Virus record (IMG/VR): IMGVR_UViG_3300021092_000008
Length of the DNA: 64,000 nt
From: a virus
Reading direction: 5' to 3' (one strand)
Below the pieces are notes generated by a model. That model saw nothing but the letters and a program-made list of their open reading frames with translations. It was not told the origin of the DNA and ran no database searches. Positions 35,101-45,600 of the stretch are shown piece after piece (the first letter of the stretch is position 1; the number at the start of each line of letters is the position of its first letter). The position numbers were made by a program, and so were the translations under genes.

Positions 35101-37766
35101 ACACTTCTAAAGCAGATGGTGATAGAGTTTTCACAATGTATGATAAAAAAACTAATTTACCAATCAGTGTCAGTAATTCAGAAAATTTAATTATTTCTTT
35201 GGACGGTATAGTTCAACATCCAGAAGAAGCATTTACTGTTTCTGGCACTCAAATTTCTTTTTCAGAACCTCCTCTTGGTGATAGAATTATAGAGGGTCAA
35301 TTAGTAGAAAGTCAAAATTTTTATGGAAGATTAATCAAGTTTAAAAATAGCGGTTTAAATGATAGATATTTTAAACCACTCAAAGATATCACGCCATTGT
35401 TTGATGGGGTAGATACAGTTTTTAATTTGTACTATTCTGATAATACTATAGTAAAGACAGATAAAAACGAAAATTTATTGGTATTTTTAAATGGAGTATT
35501 ACAAAAATCAAAAATAGATTCTAATACTCCTTATGGCAATTCTTATTATATTGATAGATCAGAAGATCCAAACGAAACTGATAAGATTGTATTTTCTCAA
35601 CCACCATTAAATCCAGTAACTACTGAAGATTTACCAGAAAAGTGCTTTATTTACACTGTAGGTAGTTATGAACGATTAACTATTGATACTGAGGTTATTC
35701 AATATAGAGGAGCAGGTCCATATTTAATTAAAGATGAAGTTAGTGGTAGAGTAAGAAAAATAGATGACTCATACTTTGCTTTAGTTTTTATTGATGGTGT
35801 TTTACAACAAGAAAATAAATCATATGAAATTGTAGGTCCTAATATTACTTTTACATCTCCTATACAAAAATATATTGCCAAAGATGGATTTGAAACTTAT
35901 CAAGATGTTTCTGTTATCTTGCTATATGGTAGAGATTTACCAAAAACATTAACAGTGTATGATTTTGAAGCAGATACTTTTTATAATAAAATATCATTAA
36001 CACTATCTGGTGTAAATCTTATTCCAAATTTTGATAGTTTAACAAATCTTTATAGTAATCATTCACCAGAATTTTATTCTCAAAATGTAAAAGTACTACA
36101 AAATAATATTTTATTAGGAGAATTGAAAAAAGTTGATAAAATTGCTAACGATCTTAGATTAATTTTATTAACACCAATAAATCTTTTAGATTCAATTATT
36201 ACTTCTAATAATTTAGTGTTTAGAGTTAATGACAAGTATGATTATACTTTGTCTGGATCATACACTATAAATTCATCTTATGCTGTAAATTCAGACGGAG
36301 AAAGAATATTAGTTAAAGGTAAAAAACAACCATTATGGTTATATGGTTATTCTCTCGGAGATCAAATTGAATCTTACAGAAAAACAAAACATTTCAATTC
36401 TTTAGTTGAAGGTGATTTAATTCAGATTGATGGAGAAAAATCTTACAGAGAAATCATAAATGTTCCTGATATAGTAAAACCAAAAAATTATAATGATGAT
36501 GAAATCATTACTAATGATTTTTATTCTAAAATTACAGTAACAAATTATAATGAAATAACTAGAGGTGAAGGTTTAAGTATTAATGCTGTTATTGACAACG
36601 ATGGTTCTGTTATAGATTTAATTTGGAATAAGAGAGATTTACAATTATTCTTTAGTCAAAATGTTTTACTACAACCAACAGCATATCAGTATTACACAAC
36701 ACCTATAATTGAATTTGTTCCTCAAACAGAAAAAGGTGGTGGCGCTAGAGCAGAAGTTATATCGTATGGTGGAGATATTTTAGATATTGTTTTACTTGAT
36801 GGTGGATCTGGATATACAGAAGCTCCAAAGGTGGTTGTTGCCAGAGGTTATAATAGAATTAAATCTAATCAAAGAAAAATTGATAGTGTAACTAGTTTTG
36901 AACTTATACCAAAAATATATCTACAAGGTTTAATTTCTTCTTCTAGAATTAGTATAATAGCAAACGGAACATTAGGTGTATCTAATCAGATTGTTTCTGT
37001 GGGACAATCTCTTGGTGAAATTAATACTGATATCCAAATAAATGAGATTATTACACCGAAACCACAACAATCAATGGTTTCTTATGCTTTTGCTGCTGTA
37101 TCAAATATTATTTCTACTGATATTATTAAGAAATCCTCTACAACTATATCACCAGCAATTTTACCAAATATCACAACCACAATAAGACCAGAATTACAAT
37201 CTACTACTATTGTAGATACTTCTAGAGAAATTGACCGTTATATTGATGTTGGATTGTTTGATTATAAATCATCAGAATCTTTTGATGGTAGATATGGATT
37301 AACAAATGCTGGATGGAATATAGGATTATATGAAAACAATGCTTTTACTGGCAGTGGTTCTTCCAATGTATCAGGAATGACCTTAGAAGAATTTGAATAT
37401 TATTATCCTAATCTGACTATTGAACAATTTGAAACGAGAAACCTTTCTCATTATCTGGAAGATGGCAGAATTTTTGATTTAGTTCCAGCGTCTGTACAAG
37501 AATTTGGAGCATATTTGGATGCCCCATTATCACCATCAACTACTGTTGTATATGTTACAAGCACAAAAGGATTTCCATCATCTGGATTGTTATTAATTAA
37601 CAAAGAAATAGTTAGATACTCTGGAAAACAAAATGATCGATTTACTGGATTAGATAGAGGTTATTTAGATACTGGAGGTCAAACACATCCTCCTGGCGAC
37701 TATATTAGATCTATCGAAATTGCTGATTTGCCATTGGATTATCCATTAGATCCAGGTCCTGGATAA
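29181..37766 (+). CDS. gp7: Baseplate wedge initiator gp7-like giant protein (2861 aa)
   Basis: Lies between gp6 and gp8. N-terminal LVESQLP.FI..., LIKNIGKFYKSKGT; DSYFYQDYSYVIKS...HPAG; YHYH-like segment HSPILGYAYDGNPIYGPYG. Confidence 0.82.
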   Translation: MSARTRTISTLVESQLPSFIANDYTQFSKIVEKYYEQLEIKGQPLDIINNITKYRDINSYENDLLQQNTTLLSSIVSTDTTINVVSTKSFPDKNGYIQIAGEICFYKEKTDTAFLEVSRGVSGNTTLGDLYRESEFVTTQAAPHYQGDVVHNISNLFLYALVKSFESQYLGAFPEKYLKQEVDKRTLIKNIGKFYKSKGTEKSIKFIFNSIISHDINEKVSVYNPKDFTLKGSTSDWTSVYSIKVKVLSGDIQKLIGNKINQLLDDFDKSISYASAVVDNVIYAGKSDNDDIYELILQPLSVNGNFNVFSKTTLRSNLSASSTTGDRVDVYSTRGWGKQGKLLIGSEVITFTQKNVNQFVINSRINPQNHNINKVVYNYSTLVGTHDSGIVNLISVGIVYNLLPKEGYPYSETGDQLQISDPGFTTRDTVIFDALQNSIRWKVNDTATKFISAYPSINSQVNDLISDVSAVYEDDQYYYICSSSFPSYTNILRNDLNLVLEDQKLLKLIRKRPIITTEVYSTGNRDVGILIDGTPAFGYRDEEFIKYGKIVNVNLDFKGNAYKAAPFVLVNGLPNKARSVLSGETVDSIIIDTEENFTKDPVITITSGRKAKLSAVVTNGKITSINIDDPGEYYSSPPIIKISDDLGKGNFAEYEAILSPDGKIESCKSINNGRFYTRENTRVTVEPVGTGAQATALIKKWVKNRYKKIYDSLDVNNGYAFINYDPTKNYGYGSIANPKLLRYRVNDNITAGFDQTNTLVHSPILGYAYDGNPIYGPYGYSNPTDSGSSVTRLSSGYQLIASRENGPSITDYEMGTFIDDYVWFPSVNSGKTELDQNNGRFCVTPEYPKGVYAYFITIDSQNTPVFPYILGDNFYSLPVDSNYNSKILQDDLPLNVKRLKTNYFESNGENLYTFIQDVKSGNISSVLIENSIPNFSVNNSLIIDNNFTEGFGATASVSSVKGKNVLSIESTETKAVQINIKGNAYLFNGDTIEQRDSTGEVLAAGTLIGDVFNDKAFVLRDCEFAVTNTLKSFNTTNKLFSETKVINIILDKNASFTKGSIITLTDGEDKEDSNIATGEVLEGTNRQNSLKIKVIPLQGYTTDFIVDDDYFLKSSNLNDTPKAKILNIFSLSENLEIFSVDDKIAIVNTDQPHQLAVNDRINIDITPDDNLTETVYYVRKRLYQSAILNEVSHSSIIKDTGIGNFTYLNTGLDYLSDTYTDVELIFQDQTLSRKNIGKPGDPYNAKATVVVTPGGYGGIQSITFTNKGKNYRRGDRLTIPDDILFRSNGSINNQRILIEVDHVGLGYDNTSLQLDNVLNLSNDDYLLIGEEIVKITSVDTNNKKVSILRAQLGTTPVNHYDGKEVSLYKGNYRFNAGYRPFGDDQSKPFYISYNNTDKEIFVSYQYGIESPIILLLSSTFYDNSIPAKLVTLKTTSSPEYQLEFSRDNISFVTNPIIDVQKYYKYKFDTSHYSMLGTYLDFSASANYNIFTEEKYTNNISPGNAGSFLSVKFGFGPSISLNSYEDKVPLNYSAFFYFIKASNNVNTKNSYLRIINDPLIGEKIITYTTDNRFVYSLSNIPAYDGSGNIRYTTSSEYAIGKINSIKILDTGSNYKKIPSVVGVVPTSSKKAEVEISYDSIKKQISGVIINNQGQNYSKPQLVITNGDGTGAKFDIITLNGKIKNVKVTDRGLNYSYKPTAEIIETDVKIYLSSNNIGIPQNVKIIQNGVSFNNDKSTLPSFKSNTTLVLKNIGDKEFSEGEIIYQPSTKSRARVSKNGWRSRTNLLKVDRIDGIFVSGESIQGLSSKNTAVIENQIYTEFVPQIQTSYDNLGYYASDRGKLSTNSQKLTDSYFYQDYSYVIKSRTPVDVWRDLIKQTTHPAGFQLFGEVLIESAASTRMPTNQKVIESYSCISLPPISLTVVTTKKQITTSTLSVDSLIVERGIGSISVDTFDSSELFAREIGLLTPFNGDFSNDTSKADGDRVFTMYDKKTNLPISVSNSENLIISLDGIVQHPEEAFTVSGTQISFSEPPLGDRIIEGQLVESQNFYGRLIKFKNSGLNDRYFKPLKDITPLFDGVDTVFNLYYSDNTIVKTDKNENLLVFLNGVLQKSKIDSNTPYGNSYYIDRSEDPNETDKIVFSQPPLNPVTTEDLPEKCFIYTVGSYERLTIDTEVIQYRGAGPYLIKDEVSGRVRKIDDSYFALVFIDGVLQQENKSYEIVGPNITFTSPIQKYIAKDGFETYQDVSVILLYGRDLPKTLTVYDFEADTFYNKISLTLSGVNLIPNFDSLTNLYSNHSPEFYSQNVKVLQNNILLGELKKVDKIANDLRLILLTPINLLDSIITSNNLVFRVNDKYDYTLSGSYTINSSYAVNSDGERILVKGKKQPLWLYGYSLGDQIESYRKTKHFNSLVEGDLIQIDGEKSYREIINVPDIVKPKNYNDDEIITNDFYSKITVTNYNEITRGEGLSINAVIDNDGSVIDLIWNKRDLQLFFSQNVLLQPTAYQYYTTPIIEFVPQTEKGGGARAEVISYGGDILDIVLLDGGSGYTEAPKVVVARGYNRIKSNQRKIDSVTSFELIPKIYLQGLISSSRISIIANGTLGVSNQIVSVGQSLGEINTDIQINEIITPKPQQSMVSYAFAAVSNIISTDIIKKSSTTISPAILPNITTTIRPELQSTTIVDTSREIDRYIDVGLFDYKSSESFDGRYGLTNAGWNIGLYENNAFTGSGSSNVSGMTLEEFEYYYPNLTIEQFETRNLSHYLEDGRIFDLVPASVQEFGAYLDAPLSPSTTVVYVTSTKGFPSSGLLLINKEIVRYSGKQNDRFTGLDRGYLDTGGQTHPPGDYIRSIEIADLPLDYPLDPGPG

Positions 37767-37770
37767 ACAG

Positions 37771-37784
37771 TATAAATATAAATA
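37771..37784 (+). promoter_or_regulatory. T4 late promoter TATAAATA (two overlapping copies)
   Basis: tataaatataaata in the gp7-gp8 intergenic region. Confidence 0.75.
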
Positions 37785-37820
37785 ACTTAGAAAAACCTGT
37801 CCCGTCATAGAGAAAATTAA

Positions 37821-39647
37821 ATGCCTGCTATTATCTCCGATAAATTTAGAATTTTTAATGCTCAGCAATTTCTAGAATCCCTTTCGGAAGGTTCTAGTGA
37901 TGTTGGCGAAGAGCGTACAAGAATGTATTTCTTTGTTGGGCGTCCTCAAAGATGGGATGCTTTTTTAGAAATTTATAACAGAAATTCAACTGCTTTTGCT
38001 GTAGGGCAAACAGTATTTGTTGGTAACAACTATGCTAGTGCTACTTTCAAAGGAGTAATTAGAGAAGTTCGTGAAGATAGTCTTCTCCTCTATTCTATTG
38101 GTCCTACTGTTAGTTCTGCTCCTACATTAGGTTCCACTCTTAAATGTTGGGACGGCACAGCAGAAACTGGGGCTCGAGCATTAACAGGTGTATACAGATA
38201 TGCTACAGAAGATGTACCACCACTTCCTTTAGATAATTTAAAGGAAAAGTTTGAATTATATGATGATATCATTGCTGCCAAAAGAATTACTTCAGACTTT
38301 GCTAGAACTGTAATTAGAAGATACAATTGGGATTTAACAGCAAATCCAAAATATGATATGTGGAGACCAGATTATTTTGCCACAGCGAATGGTATCATCG
38401 GAAATCAAAGTGCTACGGGAGCTGCATCAATTGCTGATGCTAAATTCTATGTAATTAATTCTCAATACGAAGTATTTAAATGCTTATATAATGGTACTAC
38501 ACCATTATATCAATCTGGTCAAAATGCTACTAGTGAACCAAAAACAACTCCATCACCAGGATCAGGCACATATGCTGCTGGACTTTATAAGGAAGAAGCA
38601 GGAACAGCTGGATATGTTTGGAAGTATATGTATACTATTCCAACTGATGATGTAATTAGATTCCTATCTACAGATTTTATTCCTATTGTTCAAAAAACTA
38701 ACGCTTCTAGAGCTGCTGTAGAAGCTGCTGCCGTTGCTGGTGCTGTTGATGTTGTTCTTGTTAGAGATCCTGGTGCTAATTTACCAAATGGTACTTTCTA
38801 TGCTCCAATTGTTGGTGACGGATCTGGCGGCAAAGTAACTGTTGTTATTGCTGGTGGATCTGTTACTTCATCAACTGTTACTGATAAAGGAAGTGGATAT
38901 ACTTATGCTTCGGTTCCTTTGGCAACTGGTACTGGTGCTGGAGCTGCTGCTTATGGTTTATTCACAGATTCTGCTTTAACTGCTTCACAAACTGTTGGAG
39001 GAACTGCTACTGGTTCTTTATTTGTGATTCTGCCTCCTCAAGGTGGTCATGGTGGCGCCAATATGGAACAAGAACTTAATGGCAAACGTGTCATGACAAA
39101 TATTCGTCTTACATATGCTGAAGGTTCTGGTGATTTCCCAGTTGACAATGATTTCCGTAGAATTGGAATTATGAGAGATCCATATACCTACGGAACAACA
39201 ACTTATGCTACTATCGATACTTTAAATAATTTATACGCTGTAAAAATTACTGGGGCAACAGCGGGATATCAAGCAGATGAAATTATTACACAAACAGTTA
39301 GCGGTGTGGATGCTTATGGCACTGTAGTTTCTTGGACCCTAGATAGCGGTTCAACAACTTCTGGTGTTCTTAAATATATTCAAACTCCAGATCTACATGC
39401 TTATCAAGGTATTGTTAGAGGTTTTATATCATCAGGTGCTAATCCAATTGTAGGAGGATCATCTGGTGCTTCAGGAACTGTTGATGCTACCACCAATGGA
39501 ACTATTTTGGGAGTTACATTCTTAAATGGTCAAGCTTCACCAGAAATTGAAGCAAACAGTGGCGAAGTAATCTATGTTGAAAACAGAAGATTAATTACAA
39601 GAGCTGCTGATCAGATTGAAGATATTAAATTAGTAATTGAATTTTAA
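37821..39647 (+). CDS. gp8: Baseplate wedge subunit gp8
   Basis: MPAIISDKFRIFNA..F; VFKCLYNG; GYVWKYMYTI; NDFRRIG; SGEVIYVENR..ITRA.DQ.EDIKLVIEF. Confidence 0.92.
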   Translation: MPAIISDKFRIFNAQQFLESLSEGSSDVGEERTRMYFFVGRPQRWDAFLEIYNRNSTAFAVGQTVFVGNNYASATFKGVIREVREDSLLLYSIGPTVSSAPTLGSTLKCWDGTAETGARALTGVYRYATEDVPPLPLDNLKEKFELYDDIIAAKRITSDFARTVIRRYNWDLTANPKYDMWRPDYFATANGIIGNQSATGAASIADAKFYVINSQYEVFKCLYNGTTPLYQSGQNATSEPKTTPSPGSGTYAAGLYKEEAGTAGYVWKYMYTIPTDDVIRFLSTDFIPIVQKTNASRAAVEAAAVAGAVDVVLVRDPGANLPNGTFYAPIVGDGSGGKVTVVIAGGSVTSSTVTDKGSGYTYASVPLATGTGAGAAAYGLFTDSALTASQTVGGTATGSLFVILPPQGGHGGANMEQELNGKRVMTNIRLTYAEGSGDFPVDNDFRRIGIMRDPYTYGTTTYATIDTLNNLYAVKITGATAGYQADEIITQTVSGVDAYGTVVSWTLDSGSTTSGVLKYIQTPDLHAYQGIVRGFISSGANPIVGGSSGASGTVDATTNGTILGVTFLNGQASPEIEANSGEVIYVENRRLITRAADQIEDIKLVIEF

Positions 39648-39686
39648 TTATAAATTTCTCGTTAATTTTATAGAGAATAATTTACA

Positions 39687-42600
39687 ATGCCACAGAAGAC
39701 ACCACTTAACGTAGTTCCATATTTTGACGATTTTGATCAGTCAAAAAATTTTTATAAGGTTCTTTTTAGACCTGGATATGCTGTTCAAACTAGAGAATTA
39801 ACAACTTTACAATCAATTCTTCAATCACAGATTGAAAGTTATGGTAAATTTAATTTTAAGCAGGGAGAACAAGTAGTTCCTGGTGAAGTTGGGTTAAATA
39901 CAAAAATAAACTACGTTAAGTTGTCTTCTGTATCTGAAGTAGCTGTTAGTGAAGGAGAAAATATTGTATACAAAAAATATGATATTAAGACTCTTATTGG
40001 ATTAAAATTAAGAGGAATTAATTCTAATGTTATTGCTAATGTAATTGATTCTCAATATGCTACGGAAACAGACTCCGATACATTGTATGTAACATATTTG
40101 ACAAGTGGTGATTCCAATAATGAATCTACTTTTAGACAAGGTGAAACGTTAGAAGTTGTTGATGGAATTAATACACCATTACTTGTAGTAGGTACTGATG
40201 GAAGTGTTTTACCAACAAGCATTACAGTTATTGATCCAATTACAGAAGACACTCTTAATCTAAATAACCCAGCGATGGGATTTGCTTCTGCTGTAAAGGT
40301 ACAGGAAGGAATCTATTTTGTAAATGGATATTTTGTAAGGAACGATTCCCAATTATTAATTATTGACAAATATTACGATAAACCATCAGCAAAAATTGGG
40401 TTTACGATTGTAGAAGATATTGTTACTCCAGAAGAAGATCCTTCTTTATATGATATTGCTAGAGGTTATTCAAACTATTCTTCTCCTGGTGCTCATAGAT
40501 TAAAAATTTCTTTAGAATTAAAGAGATTTGATTATAATGCTGTAACTGATAAGAATTTTATTCAATTACTACAGATCAGATCTGGTTCTATCGAATCACT
40601 AATTAAACCAGCTGATTATACTTTATTAGAAGAAACTTTAGCACGAAGAACATACGACGAATCTGGCGATTATGTTGTTAATGATTTTTCATTAGATATT
40701 AGAGAATATTATCAAAGAAATGGCAACGATGGATTTTATCAATATAATCCATCAACTAAATTAGTAAATGGTCTTTCTGAAACGGAAGCAAGCACTAAAA
40801 TGGTCCTTGGAGTTGGACCAGGAAAAGCTTATGTGAGAGGATATGAAATTGTAAATAAGCAAACAAAATATCTAACAGTAAATAAAGCTAGAGATACTTT
40901 AACAAAAGATAACGTAACACTAAAATCTAAAGGTTTATCAAACTTTAAAATTACTAATGTTTATGGAAGCGTTCCTTTAAATACAGTTGGTGATGAATTA
41001 ACTGCTTATCCCAATGTTTTTCTAAATGGTTTATTTAACGATGGCACCATTGGTTTAAATAACACCGAAACTGATACTTATTTTAAACAAACCGTAGATA
41101 GAAGATCACAAAAATTTAGTTTATCTGATGCTACTAAAACTATTTACGTCCAAATACAAGGCGATTTGCCAACACTGGCATCTCAATATCCAACAAAACT
41201 TTGGTTTATCAAAACAAGATCAGGAAGTGTTCCATCTAGTGTAGATTATGTTGACGTAATTGGTCACTCTTTAGTAAATAGACCCCAAGTTTCACCTTCT
41301 CCAGACCAATATTTCGTAGAGTTAACTATTCTTGGTAAAAAGTCTTACTTAGATACTTACTTTAAAGAATATGATGATGCTGGAGCAGCTAAATTAAGAT
41401 ATCTTTACCTCACAGAGCAAAATGCCCTTGCCGCTGGGACGGCTTATTATGGGTGGATTGTCGATTATAATCCAACTATTACCCCTATTATTGGAATAGC
41501 AAAACCAAAAGATTTTTCTTTTAATAAGAGAGCAAACGGATTTAATGAAGATACTGATATTATACTTTCAAGAGGAAAGGTAGGATCTGGTACGGACATA
41601 AACAACCCGTTGACTCCTTATACAGCATCATTCAATTTTTCATATTTTAATCCAGTATTCTTTACCAAGATTATTACAGAATCTGTAATTGATACAGGAT
41701 TTTCTACAGGAAAATACATTACAGGAAAAACTAGTAGAGCTTATGGTGTAATTGAAAACGACACAACAGAAAATTACACTTTTGGAAATACTTTATTTGT
41801 ATCAACTTTATCTGGAACATTTTTACCAGGAGAAACAATTTTTGATGAGGATGGTAATTCTGTTAAAATTGCTACAGAAAATACTATCTCCCATTTTATT
41901 GTTAACTACGGCGGTAATAGTTATAATAATGATGGCACAAAATTAATTATTAATGGATCTACAATAGATGCTGCTAATATAAGAGTTGACGCGTTCGGTG
42001 GTAGAATTTACAGGGCAGTTATTTTAAATAGAACTGTATTATCGGAAACATATGCGGCGCCTCCTGTTGTTACTGCTTTCCCAACGCCAACAGTTCCAGC
42101 AAATGTAGCTAATATTACTCCAGTATTATTTAAAAATACTGTATTAACTTACACACCTCAAAATATTAAATCATTTGCTTCAGATTATAATCAGTATAAA
42201 TTTACATCTGACGTTGATTTAACAGATACTTCATATTCTTCCTATTTACAAATTACTAATTTTACTTTTTCTGGATTGAAGGGAGAAAAATATCTTGAAT
42301 GTAGCGGATTTGGTGCTAGTTTGTCAAGAGATCTTATACAAGGCGACATCATACAATTCAATGATTCCAATAATAATGTAGTAAAGACTATAGTACAATA
42401 TGTAACGGATCCACAAGGAACTACAAAATCTAGAATCTATTTGGATTATGCTTTACAAACAAACATTACTAACAGTAGTATAATACGTGTACGTCCAAAT
42501 GTAGAAAATGTTTCTACTTCTTCATTAATTTATCCAACTGGCAGCAAGCAATTAAAATCTTTAATTAATGACAACAGCGACACAAAATTTAAATATTATA

Positions 42601-45600
42601 TCAGAAAAGATTTTACTACTGATTTATCATCAAGTGGTGGAACAATCACATTCTCCGCTCAATTACCTGTAGGAACACAAAGATTTGTTACTCCGACAGA
42701 AAATAATTATATTTTAACAGTATTAGATAAAGGATCATCAACTATTGTTGATAATGGAGATATTGTTTACATCGATTTTACAGATCCTTCTGTAGTACAG
42801 GTTATTCAATCAACTAATACAAATTCTCAAGTTACAGCTGGTTCTTTTGTCATCAATTTACCAAATACGTATTTCGGTATTATTAATCAAGGTGGAACAT
42901 ATCCAAAATTAAAACTTACCGCCACAGTAGAAGTTAACAAAGCAAAAGCAAGATTAAAAACTTCAATAAGCAACAAAAGAATTATAATTGTATCTTCTGG
43001 AGATAAAGTTATTCCACTAAGGGGGAAAGATTATGATACAGATACAATTGAAGTATTCTCATATTCTGATGTCTATAAACTAAGATACGTTTATGAGGGT
43101 ACATCTACTAATCCACCTAAAGTTGATGCTAACGGTAATTTAATTAGTGGCACGGATATTACTTATAAATTTACTTTTGATGATGGTCAAAGAGATACTT
43201 TCTACGATATTTCCAGAATTGTTCTTAAACCAGGATTTGATGCTCCTTCTGGTCAATTAGTTGTAGCATTTGATTACTTTGAGCATTCTTTAGGAGATTT
43301 TTGTACCGTAGATTCATACTTACATGAAGCGGGAGTTTCTTCGGAGTTAATTCCTACTTTTAATTCTACAGTACATGGAGTTGTTTCATTAAAAGACGTT
43401 ATTGATTTCAGACCAAAAGTAGATTCTAATACTACAATAACTGGATTCCAAGATATATCTATTCTTTCAAATCCAAACAATTTTGATTATGTCAATTTTG
43501 TTGGCGCTGGTGGTGTAGTTTCACTTACACCAGCATCTGATTCTAATTTAGAGTATACAATGTCATTTAGTGAAACACAGTATCTAGACAGAATTGATGG
43601 TGTTTTCTTAACGAAGAAAGGAGATTTTCTAATTAAAGAAGGTAATTCTTCATTAAATCCTTCAAAACCAGAAGCAGTTGATGATGCTATTAGTTTGTGT
43701 TACATACACATCCCATCATTTACTAACACTAGTAAAGATATTAGAATTCTTCCCGTTGATAACAAACGTTATACAATGAGAGATATTGGCAAATTAGAAA
43801 AAAGAATTGAGCGTTTAGAATATTATACTACACTAAGCATCTTAGAACAACAAGCATTAAACATGCAAGTCAAAGATGAAATTGGAATGGACAGATTTAA
43901 ATCTGGTTTTATTGTAGATAATTTCGAAGCTCATAAAATTGGTAATTTACAATCAGTTGATTATAAATGTGCTATTGATACTCAGCAATCTGTGTTGAGA
44001 CCTCAATCAAAAGAAGATAGCATTGGATTAAAAGAAGTTAATATAAGAGAAGATCAACGTATTGTTTCTGGTTATGTCAATAATAATGGAATTATTACTC
44101 TTCCATATAAAGAAGTTAAATTATTAGGAAATAGTAATGCCACCAAAACAATCAATCCAAACGAATTTGTTGTCCTACAATACGTAGGAGATTGTGCTAT
44201 CTTTCCTACTGTAGATCAGTGGTATGATACAAAAACTGCTCCTTTGGTAGTAGATAGTAATACAAAATTAAATACTATATTTTTAGCTAAAAGTGATGTA
44301 AAAGAATCATTTTCTAGTTTACACAACTCATTTATTATTAATTGGGTTGGAACTAATAAATCATTTTTCAATATAGAATCTTTAGCAAACATTAATAGTG
44401 AAGATATTAAATCTTCTGTAAGTTCTGCTTCTGTGTCGAGTAGTTCAAATGTTAGCCCTCAAAATAATGAATTAGCAAAAGGTGTTGGATCTAAAGTTGT
44501 TAATAACACCAAAGTGTCAACTGGATTACAATTTTTCGTAAGATCTATTCCTGTTAGATTTATTGTTCGTAGATTAAAACCCAACACTAAAATTTCTGTT
44601 TTCATGGAAGGTAGAAATATTAATCGTTGGGTTGTTCCTGATACTAAATTTACTGGTATTGCAGAAAATTCACTTTCTACATTTAATTCTTCTTTGATTA
44701 CAGACGATAATGGAAATTTAAGTGGTATTATTTTAATTCCTAATGGTCTTGCTCCAGTAGAAAACAGTAAGTGGACTGGAGATATTAACACTGTTTCTTA
44801 TGATGATTCTTCTGAAGAAATTAAATTTACTACTGGCACAAAAACAATTATATTGACTTCAGGATCTTCTGGATCAATTACTGACAATGTTGATACTTTT
44901 GCTGAAGTCAAGTTTTATGCTACTGGCATTTTGCCAGAAAATCCTTCTAGTATTGTATCAACAGCACCATCATTCTTCAAAGCTAATGAAGGTGTACAGT
45001 TGATTAATAACAACACCCAATCAAAAATTAAACCAAATCCTTTGGCACAAACTTTTAAAGTAGAAAATTATGATGGTGGGGTATTTACTACTGGTTTAGA
45101 TTTGTTCTTCTCAGCAAAAAGTTCTAAGATTCCTATTAGAGTTTATATTTCAAATATAGATACAGATAAACCAGGAAAATATATTGTACCTGGAACTGAA
45201 TCAACTTTATATCCAGATACTTATTTAAAGGTATATTTAACTGGTGATGTAGAAACAATCAAAATTAAAAAATCAGAAGTAGTAGTTGGCAAAAATTCTA
45301 ATGCTAGTGGTCCTATTTCTAAAGTGTACGACAAAAACAATATTTTAGTTGGGGACGAAAATAGCACAGAATTTGAATTAAATAAAGAACAAGTATATAC
45401 GTTAGTTTTAAGTAATCATAATGGCAAATCTTTCGTAGGTGGCAGTACAGGTGAGCCATTGACGATTCCATCAGTTACAACATATAATGCTACTAATAAT
45501 AAATCAGCATTAATTTCTATCACTAAAGATTCTGGTAGAGTTGTTGATTTAAAAGTTACTAATTTAGGAGAAAATTACGAAAGTGCTTCTATTGTTATAG